This document shows, one piece after another, positions 46,049 through 54,609 of a stretch of 64,000 nt of DNA. Source of the DNA: a virus; IMG/VR virus record IMGVR_UViG_3300021197_001769. One strand, written 5' to 3'. The notes under the pieces were generated by a model. It saw only the letters and a list, made by a program, of their open reading frames with translations, had not been told where the DNA came from and ran no database searches. The first letter of the stretch is position 1, and each line of letters opens with the position of its first letter. The translations under genes were made by a program, and so were the position numbers.

Positions 46049-46393
46049 TTAATTAGCTACTATAAAGCCTCTTAATTCAATTATTGCATTAGGGCTAGTA
46101 CCTACTACAGTAAGAGATCCACCTCCTGCTGATCCAGTAAAAGGTAAACCTCCAAATTGAGATAGTAACCAGTTACCAGTTTCGAATACTTTACCGTCTA
46201 ATGTAACATCATTAGGTCCCATATTAATAACTGTCTCGATTCTATTAGGTTGGAATCTTTTAGTTTCACCAGTTTCTAATGTAAACAATAATGCATCTGA
46301 ATCGAATGCTGAAGCAGAATCAATATGCAATGTTACCCTTGCAGAGTTTTGATCTCTTGCTGTAATTCTTTTTGCTATTATAGTGTTAGCCAT
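46049..46393 (-). CDS. Hypothetical virion-associated protein
   Basis: 114 aa, beta-rich, in head module; carries one DSD. Confidence 0.6.
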   Translation of the reverse strand: MANTIIAKRITARDQNSARVTLHIDSASAFDSDALLFTLETGETKRFQPNRIETVINMGPNDVTLDGKVFETGNWLLSQFGGLPFTGSAGGGSLTVVGTSPNAIIELRGFIVAN

Positions 46394-46402
46394 TTATATC
46401 TC

Positions 46403-47143
46403 CTAGTTTGATAAAGAAGCTAGTGATCTTGTACGACCTTTAATTCTTTTCTTTGTTATTTTAGCAATACGAGCTGCTTTCTTTTTCTTAGCAGCACCCA
46501 TAGCCTTTTTAGCTCTTTTAAGTTTAATTCCTAATCTTTTCATTTTAGCTTTTTGAGTACCGGTTTGAGGTAAGCATCTTCTACCTGCTAATCTCATACC
46601 TGGCATACACTTTTTCTTCTTAGTAATTGTGCCTTTAGATCTTTTAAAGATTACTCTAGCCATTTTTTCGTCAATTACAACTGTACCGTCTTCTTGCATT
46701 ACCTCTACATCATGAACTTCATAATCTTCTGCAAATAAAGCATCTTTAATTTTAAGATAATTTTCTATAGCATCATCATAGTAAGTTCTATCTTCGATAG
46801 CAAATTCTAAATCATACTCTTCCCCATCTTCCATAGGAACGAAGTCTAAATAAGTTTTAGGACATTGACACTCATCATCTGCTTCATGAGGATGACAACC
46901 ACAGTCATCATCATCTTCTTCATGTAAGTTAAGAGCAGCTTCTGCTTCGTCAAAGTCGTCAATGTCACCTTCTACTATTTCTTCATAGTCTAAGATAACA
47001 ACTTCTTCTTTAAACTCTTCAATTTGCTCAGGTGTAAAAATAGTCTCTTCTATTTCTACTCCTTGTCTTATCGAATCTAAGACGAGTTGTTTTTTCTCTT
47101 CGTAGATTCTACTCTTTAGGTTCTTCAGATTCATTTTTACCAT
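46403..47143 (-). CDS. Prohead core protein (gp68-like): acidic N-terminal part, basic C-terminal part
   Basis: Position between gp67-like gene and gp21; C-terminal K/R-rich ARVIFKR...CMPG. Confidence 0.6.
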   Translation of the reverse strand: MVKMNLKNLKSRIYEEKKQLVLDSIRQGVEIEETIFTPEQIEEFKEEVVILDYEEIVEGDIDDFDEAEAALNLHEEDDDDCGCHPHEADDECQCPKTYLDFVPMEDGEEYDLEFAIEDRTYYDDAIENYLKIKDALFAEDYEVHDVEVMQEDGTVVIDEKMARVIFKRSKGTITKKKKCMPGMRLAGRRCLPQTGTQKAKMKRLGIKLKRAKKAMGAAKKKKAARIAKITKKRIKGRTRSLASLSN

Positions 47144-47282
47144 CTTCTATAAATTTAGAGGCCAACTCCTGCTTCATTTGCTGGAGATGTCCAATTACTT
47201 TAGTATCTATATGGGATTTTACATCTTTAACAAATGTATCTTGATCTCCCATATTCGTTGTAAAATCAAATTTATTTTCCAT
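47109..47282 (-). CDS. Small prohead core protein (gp67-like)
   Basis: FVKDVKSHIDTKVIGHLQQMKQELASKF; position in head module. Confidence 0.5.
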   Translation of the reverse strand: MENKFDFTTNMGDQDTFVKDVKSHIDTKVIGHLQQMKQELASKFIEDGKNESEEPKE

Positions 47283-47290
47283 AATATTTA

Positions 47291-48289
47291 TTAACCCCAC
47301 ATTATAGAGTCTAGCTCTAATTGGTTATTGTTTTTAAGTTCATCTCTAAGAGATGTCTCTTCTTCGCGTCCTTCGTTATACAACGTTTGGCCATCTAATT
47401 GAACACCACCTGGTAGTTCAGTATTTTGATATTTCTTAAGATTAGCACCCCATTGCATTTTAGCTAAAGCAACAGCGTATGTTTTTAACCAACTGTCTTG
47501 ATATACTTGTCCGTATATTTCTGGGTCAGTTACTACATAACATTCAGCTAACATATAATGAGTCTTCTTACCACCATTAGCAGCAGTCTTCAATCTATTC
47601 ATATCTGTATCGAAATACAATCTATTTTTATGTTTATTAAATCTTATGGCAGGAGATGTATTCAATAAGAACTCTATATGTTCTACAAAAGTCTTTTGAA
47701 TATAATAAGAAGTTAATCCTCCTGCTCCCATACCACCATAAAAGAAATCAAAATTATTTAAAAAGTATTGGTACTCGTAATTATACATTCCCGCTTGACT
47801 AAAAGAGTCTACTTTAGCTATTCTAGTAACCGAAATTATATCATTAGGTACTTTAACTCCTATTTGACCAGCACTAGTAAGAATTATATTTTGATCTTCT
47901 AGTACTTGCTCTTCTAAAGTGAAGTATCTTCTAAATCCATCATGCGCAGAATCTGAATCAGTCTTTATATAAACTCTTTGACCTGTAACGTTATTCAGTT
48001 TTTTCATTACTCTAGAACCTAATCTATAGGTACTATATTTGTCAGAGTCAAAATCTTCTGCTCCTAAGTCTTGGTGTCTTCTATTATTTCTTTTAATAAA
48101 GTTACTATCAATCTTTATAACTCTATAAGTTCTTTCAGCGCCATCGTAATGGTACTCTTGATACAGCTGAACAGCATCATCAATACAATCTTCTAATTGT
48201 ACATCAGCAATCTCTACGTTAATGACAGGTGCACCCAGTCTACGTAAAATATAATCTGCTAGTTCTTGTTTACTGTTCGGTAACGGCAT
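47291..48289 (-). CDS. gp13: Neck protein (relocated downstream of portal)
   Basis: SKQELADYILRRLGAPVINVEI, EYHYDGAE, WLKTYAVALAKMQWGANLKKY, LPGGVQLDG. Confidence 0.93.
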   Translation of the reverse strand: MPLPNSKQELADYILRRLGAPVINVEIADVQLEDCIDDAVQLYQEYHYDGAERTYRVIKIDSNFIKRNNRRHQDLGAEDFDSDKYSTYRLGSRVMKKLNNVTGQRVYIKTDSDSAHDGFRRYFTLEEQVLEDQNIILTSAGQIGVKVPNDIISVTRIAKVDSFSQAGMYNYEYQYFLNNFDFFYGGMGAGGLTSYYIQKTFVEHIEFLLNTSPAIRFNKHKNRLYFDTDMNRLKTAANGGKKTHYMLAECYVVTDPEIYGQVYQDSWLKTYAVALAKMQWGANLKKYQNTELPGGVQLDGQTLYNEGREEETSLRDELKNNNQLELDSIMWG

Positions 48290-49889
48290 CAGAGTCCTCT
48301 ATAGCTTCTATATTTATGTCTAAATCAGAACTATCTTCTGTAAGTTTAAGCTTTGGAGATCGCTTATATTCATCGTACATATTGACATAATCATTATTAG
48401 CTACATCATTAGGAGCATCTATATCTGTAATTTGCTCTTTCTCCATCTCATCCATAATCTGCTGATCAATTCTAGCAATGTCTTCTTCTGTTTGACCTAG
48501 AACTTCTTTTCTAATATATTCAATAGAGAAGTACTTACCAACATATTCTGAAGCATCTCTCAATACATTTAATTGATCACCTAGTATTTCTATTCTTTTT
48601 AAATTTTCAAAGTGTGTATCAGAGATATAATCATAAGTGATATACTGTCTCATCTCTTCGAACTCACCTGTAGTACAAACACCCTTTAGTACTAACTGAA
48701 CTCTTAACACTTCGTTAAATAATTCTGCAAACTGTTTTCTTATTCTATGAATAAACTTAGTAAACTTTAATTCATCTCTACTAATATCTGAAGCTCTTCC
48801 TAACTGAAAATTATTATCTTGATTAATTCTACTAATAGGAACGTTTAATGCTTGATACAATTTACCTTTAAAATATTCTACATCACCTAAGTCACCTAAA
48901 TTAGCTCCACCAGGTAGAGTTGTAATTTCAGTTCCTTTAGATCCGTCTCTTCTAGGTAACCAAAAGTCTTCTAACATAGACATAAACTTACGACTATCTC
49001 TAACTAAACCTGTAGATGGATCATAGTCAATTTTATTTCTATATCTATTCATCATATCTTTAATGTATTGTTCAGCTTTAATTTTAGGTAACTGACCTAC
49101 ATCAACATAAAATATTCTTCTTTCAGGAGCTCTAGCTATTCTATAAACAATAAGAGCATCTTCCATAGATCTTAGATTGTTAAAAGGCTTAATAGCTTTA
49201 TCTAAGTAACCTATGATCATTCCTCTATTTCTATCTACTAAACCAGAAGAACAAAATACTACTGAGTCTTTAGATAATTTAGCTGAAGCTTGTAAATTTT
49301 TATCAGGAGCAAACTCAAACCATTCTTTTACTTCTGTAAGAATTGGTACACCAGTCGACTTATCTTTTTCATAGTTAGGTTTAACTACTCTTTTTATTTT
49401 CAAAGCATCTATAGCTCTTAATTCTCTAATACCTTCTTTAGGTTGTTTTTTATCAATAATAACTTGAAAGTATAACCTACCATCTACATACCATTGTCTA
49501 AAATGATCGTATGATTTTTTTTGAAATTTTAATAAATGAAGAACGTTTTTAAATTCATCTCTGATATTCTTTTTAATTCTATCATCGATATTAAGAGTAT
49601 CTAATCTAATTGATACAGGAGCTCTCTCATGCTCAACTACAAATGCTTCGTTAACGATATCATCTATAGCGGCATCAGCTTCTGGAAAAAAGCTGATGTC
49701 TCTATATTGTTTAATTAGTTGATGTTCGTTACGATACTTTGCGTCTTGTTCATAAGTGTAGCCGATTCTTCCGCCGACAGGCAACTCAGTACCGTCATCC
49801 ATTTCCATGGGTATTGGACTTGGTTGCTTTTTTTCTTTCTCTGGAGTTACTAATTCAAATCCAAAGAGATCTATTCTTTTGTCTGCCAT
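48270..49889 (-). CDS. gp20: Portal protein
   Basis: WYVDGR, LRSMEDALIVYRIARAPERRIFYVDVG, EDFWLPRRDG..GTEITTLPGG, ALNVPISR. Confidence 0.98.
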   Translation of the reverse strand: MADKRIDLFGFELVTPEKEKKQPSPIPMEMDDGTELPVGGRIGYTYEQDAKYRNEHQLIKQYRDISFFPEADAAIDDIVNEAFVVEHERAPVSIRLDTLNIDDRIKKNIRDEFKNVLHLLKFQKKSYDHFRQWYVDGRLYFQVIIDKKQPKEGIRELRAIDALKIKRVVKPNYEKDKSTGVPILTEVKEWFEFAPDKNLQASAKLSKDSVVFCSSGLVDRNRGMIIGYLDKAIKPFNNLRSMEDALIVYRIARAPERRIFYVDVGQLPKIKAEQYIKDMMNRYRNKIDYDPSTGLVRDSRKFMSMLEDFWLPRRDGSKGTEITTLPGGANLGDLGDVEYFKGKLYQALNVPISRINQDNNFQLGRASDISRDELKFTKFIHRIRKQFAELFNEVLRVQLVLKGVCTTGEFEEMRQYITYDYISDTHFENLKRIEILGDQLNVLRDASEYVGKYFSIEYIRKEVLGQTEEDIARIDQQIMDEMEKEQITDIDAPNDVANNDYVNMYDEYKRSPKLKLTEDSSDLDINIEAIEDSDAVTEQ

Positions 49890-49935
49890 TCTGCTTCCTC
49901 ATAATATACTAGTCTAATAATACTGTTATAGTCGA

Positions 49936-50496
49936 TTATCCGACATTGTCTGTAGTATTACTAGTCCAGTATTGATATGCTATAGTTGCGCTGAACTCTT
50001 CGATAGTGTCTGTTGCATCGAAAGACATATCGATTGGGTCAACCTGAACTGGGAAACAGCCTCTAAAAGTGTAAGTCTTTTGAACGTCGTTATTTTTATC
50101 TAACTGCTCAACTCTCCAATCTTGAATGTACGCCTGAACGTTAGTACCTAATTCTGTTGTACCATTTACATGTTGATTGATTTGATTCATCCAAGACTCA
50201 AATGCATTACGAATAGCAAAGTTATTGTCATTCATAATAGTAATTGTCCAGTCTTCGAAGATTCTATCTCCAGCAACTTTTAATTGTCTACCTCTAAACG
50301 GTACAGGTATTTCACCAATCGTTGATGGAGGTAATTGAGCACCTTTGATAAGAAAAGAACCTAACTGTACTAGACCAAGACCAGTATTATCTGTATTAGT
50401 GACTGTTCCAGGAAAACCTGGAAACACTCTAAAATAATTTGGTCTTGCTCCACCACCTATAAGGGCTGCTTTAAAGTCATCTATTCTTAAAGTCAT
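49936..50496 (-). CDS. gp19: Tail tube protein
   Basis: GGARPNYF, PFRGRQLKVAGDR.F.DWTIT, QLD, IEEFSATIAYQYW. Confidence 0.96.
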   Translation of the reverse strand: MTLRIDDFKAALIGGGARPNYFRVFPGFPGTVTNTDNTGLGLVQLGSFLIKGAQLPPSTIGEIPVPFRGRQLKVAGDRIFEDWTITIMNDNNFAIRNAFESWMNQINQHVNGTTELGTNVQAYIQDWRVEQLDKNNDVQKTYTFRGCFPVQVDPIDMSFDATDTIEEFSATIAYQYWTSNTTDNVG

Positions 50497-50497
50497 G

Positions 50498-52696
50498 TTA
50501 CGCTCCTGCTACTTCTTCAAAACTAACGCCGGTTCTAACTGCGACGAAGTTAAGAGTTATAAAGTTAATTGAACGATTAGGTTTGATATAGATGTCAGCT
50601 ACGAATCTATTACCATCAATAACCGCCGGTGTATTATTTGAAGTATCACAAACTACTTTAAAGTCTTGGCATCCTCTTCTTGCTTTTATATCTTGTAAGA
50701 AAGGCTCTACTGCTGCTACAAAATTAGCTCTTGTAAAGTCGTCGTTGAATTCAAAGAGTTGAAACTTGGCTGCAGTTGCAATTGCTTTTTCTAATACAAT
50801 GAATAATCTTCTTACATTAATACGATCAAAAGCTGAAGGTTTACTTAGTGCAGTTTTATCACCAAATAGTAATGTACCTTGACCTCTTTGAGTAACCATA
50901 GGGTTGACTCTTTCTCTATACAGAACATCTCTGTCTGCTTGTTGAGGATTGAAAGATAATTTAACTACATTGGATACAAAACCTCTATTGAAACCTGCTG
51001 GTGACCACCAAGCATCATTAGTGAATTCTGACCTTGCGGTGATACCTGCTGTATCACCTGCCATCGCTGACCAGAAAAATTGATCATTATATCTGTCATA
51101 CATTCTCTTCCAAGCAGAATCGAACATTGCATACGATGTAGAGTTAAAGTCAGAAAAATAAGTAGTAACTTTAGCTGCAGTTGGATTAACTACTGCTGCA
51201 TCATAAGATGGTGAGCAAAATACTACACAATCTTTTCTTACATTTGCAATATTATCTATTGCATACTTTTGTACTACTTTTTGTTTTGTCGCGTTTGAAG
51301 AACCGCTACCGAAACTATTACCTAAAATTAATGAGATATCAATTTCTTCCGGATCTTTAAACTTATCAAGACCTGCTGTATAATCACCTGCATCAACATC
51401 ATCTCCAGAAGAACCACCATTAAGTGTGTATCTTCTTACACCTGTTAGAGACATGTTAGTAACAAATCTTACGAAGTCTTTTTCATTTGCTTTGTAAATA
51501 TCAATACCTATTGCAGTTACTTGTTCAGAATTTGATACTGCTGCGGTAGAATTACCGTTAGCTAGATCTTCTGTAAGTACGTAAATCCACTGTGATGTAT
51601 TATTAATTATATTTTTATAATAATTTTGACCACCATCAGCTGTTTTACCGTTACCTGCTTTAGATAAACCTTCAAATGTTTCAAGTACTTCATATGCAGA
51701 TCCTGTGATAGTAGTATCAGAGGTGTATACAATAACATGTACTTCATCTTGAACATCTGAGTCAAAGTTGTCTACAGACCATTGTGACCTACCTGGTCTC
51801 TTTTCAAACAATGTAGCTGCTTTAATTGCAGCTGAACCAGAGCCAACAATAGGTGTATTGTTAAAGTCTGAATCGTTCATGCCAGCATCAATAAGAGCTA
51901 CTCCTATACCGTTACCTCTATGACCAGGGAACCTAGCATAGACTGAACCATTGATAAGAGTACTTTCTTCAGCATTAAAGTCATCTAAATTATTAAGAAC
52001 TGCTGCTGTAGCAAAACCAGAACCTTGTTCAGCTTCTTGATAAGGAGTAAACGTTAGTCCTACTGTAGTTACAGCTGAAGGAGCAGTTGCAGCGGCTGGT
52101 GTTGTAAAAGTAATTGCTGTATCACCTGCCAATGCTGCGGCACCGTCGGAGTCTATCGCGGCGTCTGTGGCATTAGCTTCAGTATTGATAGCATTCTTTA
52201 AGATGTTTGCAACGTCACCAATGGATGAAATATCGTCGGAATCAGTAACTGTAAATTGAAATGCAGATGCGCTTGTAACTGCTCCAATGGTTACTGTCTG
52301 AGTTTTATGTCCCTCACCATCTGAATCGGGAAAAGTAAAAGCTGGGGTACCAGTAATACTAATTGTTGTCTTTCCTGACTCTAATGTAACGAACTCTGAT
52401 GCAGCGTTTCTAGCGCCATCAGTTAAAATTCTTACTATTTGAATTGCATTTGCGTATGATAAAAAGTTCGCAGCTGTGTACCAATCGCTTCTAGTACTTT
52501 CACCTGCTACTGTTGATACTTTTGGGTTACCAAACTTTGCTATTAACTGTTCTTCACTTGAAATAAGTGTAGGTTCTAGACAAGGTCCCCATTCAAAATT
52601 TCCAGCAAATGCACCTGTTGTAGTTGCTACAGCAGGTATAATATTGGTAAGGTCTTTTTCTTTTACCTGTACACCTGGACTAACTTGGAAGGCCAT
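50498..52696 (-). CDS. gp18: Tail sheath protein
   Basis: SPGVQVKEKDLT, WWSPAGFNRG, GDKT, FDRINVRRLF, FEFND, KPNRSINFITLNF. Confidence 0.98.
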   Translation of the reverse strand: MAFQVSPGVQVKEKDLTNIIPAVATTTGAFAGNFEWGPCLEPTLISSEEQLIAKFGNPKVSTVAGESTRSDWYTAANFLSYANAIQIVRILTDGARNAASEFVTLESGKTTISITGTPAFTFPDSDGEGHKTQTVTIGAVTSASAFQFTVTDSDDISSIGDVANILKNAINTEANATDAAIDSDGAAALAGDTAITFTTPAAATAPSAVTTVGLTFTPYQEAEQGSGFATAAVLNNLDDFNAEESTLINGSVYARFPGHRGNGIGVALIDAGMNDSDFNNTPIVGSGSAAIKAATLFEKRPGRSQWSVDNFDSDVQDEVHVIVYTSDTTITGSAYEVLETFEGLSKAGNGKTADGGQNYYKNIINNTSQWIYVLTEDLANGNSTAAVSNSEQVTAIGIDIYKANEKDFVRFVTNMSLTGVRRYTLNGGSSGDDVDAGDYTAGLDKFKDPEEIDISLILGNSFGSGSSNATKQKVVQKYAIDNIANVRKDCVVFCSPSYDAAVVNPTAAKVTTYFSDFNSTSYAMFDSAWKRMYDRYNDQFFWSAMAGDTAGITARSEFTNDAWWSPAGFNRGFVSNVVKLSFNPQQADRDVLYRERVNPMVTQRGQGTLLFGDKTALSKPSAFDRINVRRLFIVLEKAIATAAKFQLFEFNDDFTRANFVAAVEPFLQDIKARRGCQDFKVVCDTSNNTPAVIDGNRFVADIYIKPNRSINFITLNFVAVRTGVSFEEVAGA

Positions 52697-52728
52697 TTTT
52701 TGACTCCTTTATTTGTAAATTTACAATA

Positions 52729-52736
52729 TATTTATA
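52729..52736 (-). promoter_or_regulatory. Late promoter TATAAATA upstream of gp18
   Basis: Exact T4 late consensus; further copies at 41725, 58806 and 60703. Confidence 0.8.
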
Positions 52737-52746
52737 ATCTATAGAT

Positions 52747-54609
52747 CTACGAACCTGTCGGTAACGTATTAGTAAATCGAGGATTATCCCCGCCATGACT
52801 ATTTATTGTAAACGTTAATTTATATTCAGCTAAGCTGAACTTATCTTTGAATGCATATTCAATAACATTCGAATCTCTATACAATAATGTATTAAAGAAA
52901 CCTTTAGCTACAGGATGTGATTCTAGGTTGTAAGCTAGCACCCTTAATATATTTGCATCTGATGAACCTTTAGCAAATATCATAGTATTAGAAGACACTG
53001 TAGATCCGTCTCCGGATACAACTCTCCAAGTAACACTCATTTGAGCTTCTAATATCTGATCACTATCAGTTGAGAACGTAACTGTCGCTAAGTTTTCAGA
53101 ATCAGTTGGTACAGGAGTTGCAGGTGTTGAGCTTGAAGTAACTCCTATTAAAGTATTCAATTTAGCTATATCACCTTGCATAGTACCTATTAATGTACCC
53201 AATGCTTGAATAGCTATTTCATCTGAATCTCTATCAGATCTTAATAAATTTATTTTATTGGTAAGTACATTTATATCTGAATCGCTAGCGCCGCCTGATG
53301 AACCTACTTTACTAGTAAAATGTACAAAATCTGAATCCATATCTGATTTTATTCTACCAGCTAAAGACTGAATATATGTCATTCTAGTAGTTTCACTATC
53401 AATGTCAGCTCTTAATCCATCTACTTCATTTCTCAATGTAGCAGCTACTGCAAGATCAGAGTCACCAATACCTACAATACTTCTTATCTTATCTTGAAAT
53501 AAATTATGATCACTATCTAATCTAGCTCTTACTTGAGACTGCAATAAACTTAACTTAGTACCTTCAGAGTCTAATCTTAATCTCATTTGAGATTGAAGTA
53601 CTGATACTTTAGCTGCCTCTGAATCTAATCTTAATCTTATGTCAGATACTCTACTATCTAAAGCAGCTCTATCTGAATCTATTCTAGTATGAATTATATC
53701 TTGAGCAGTTTTTAATGCTTGTACTACTAATGAATCTGAATCTAGTCTACTGGTTAAATTAGTTTTTAACAACTGTACTTTAGTTGACTCAGAATCTAAT
53801 CTTACGTGAGCAGCATCAGCTCTTGCTTGTGCAGCTGCAGTCGAAGTACTTAGTGCTTGTAATGCTGCATCGTCTGAATCTAATCTTGATTTTACTTGAG
53901 TAGCTAACGCTTGTATAAAACTTGAATCTGAATCTAATCTAGCAGTAATAGTATTGACATTATTAGATAGATCAGCTACAACTTTTAAGTCAGAGTCGGA
54001 AGGTATTTCTAATACTCTTAAACCGTTCTCTCTTATTATTTCTATAACTTGATCACTATCAAATCCGGCAGAACCTACACCTAGTATACCAATATATTGA
54101 CCACCACTAATGTATATGCTTTTGTCTGTAAAGTCTTTACCATTAGGTAAGTTTTCACCCATAAAGTGTAACACACCAGACTGATAATCAAAAAACCATT
54201 CATCGTCATTACCAGAACCAGCAGCAAATAGCTGATTAGATATTCCAGCTGCATTATCACTGTCACCTGAATCGTGTAGATATACTTTTACTTGATATGT
54301 TGAACCAAATTCAGGTGGTATCCAATCTGTGACACCAGTAATCCAAGTTCTATTAGCACTCGCTGTACCATCTGCTACAGCTTCAACTAAATTGCTTGAA
54401 CTATATACTTCTACAACTCCTGTAGTACTTGCAGGTAAAGTAGCTGGTATAAGATTAGCTTGTACTAGAGTTTTATCACCTCTGTTTAATAATGGAGATG
54501 CAATAGATTCGTTAGTTGGACCTTTTAATGAATCAGAGTCAGTTCTAGCAACACCGAAACCTAATTTCTTAAAAAGAAAGTCTACCTTTGCTGTTAAACT
54601 AATTGCCAT
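52747..54609 (-). CDS. Fibre-like virion protein with RLDSD/E coiled-coil repeats
   Basis: N-terminal KVDFLFKKLGFG...WFFDYQSGVL domain, central helical repeats, 19 DS[DE]. Confidence 0.75.
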   Translation of the reverse strand: MAISLTAKVDFLFKKLGFGVARTDSDSLKGPTNESIASPLLNRGDKTLVQANLIPATLPASTTGVVEVYSSSNLVEAVADGTASANRTWITGVTDWIPPEFGSTYQVKVYLHDSGDSDNAAGISNQLFAAGSGNDDEWFFDYQSGVLHFMGENLPNGKDFTDKSIYISGGQYIGILGVGSAGFDSDQVIEIIRENGLRVLEIPSDSDLKVVADLSNNVNTITARLDSDSSFIQALATQVKSRLDSDDAALQALSTSTAAAQARADAAHVRLDSESTKVQLLKTNLTSRLDSDSLVVQALKTAQDIIHTRIDSDRAALDSRVSDIRLRLDSEAAKVSVLQSQMRLRLDSEGTKLSLLQSQVRARLDSDHNLFQDKIRSIVGIGDSDLAVAATLRNEVDGLRADIDSETTRMTYIQSLAGRIKSDMDSDFVHFTSKVGSSGGASDSDINVLTNKINLLRSDRDSDEIAIQALGTLIGTMQGDIAKLNTLIGVTSSSTPATPVPTDSENLATVTFSTDSDQILEAQMSVTWRVVSGDGSTVSSNTMIFAKGSSDANILRVLAYNLESHPVAKGFFNTLLYRDSNVIEYAFKDKFSLAEYKLTFTINSHGGDNPRFTNTLPTGS

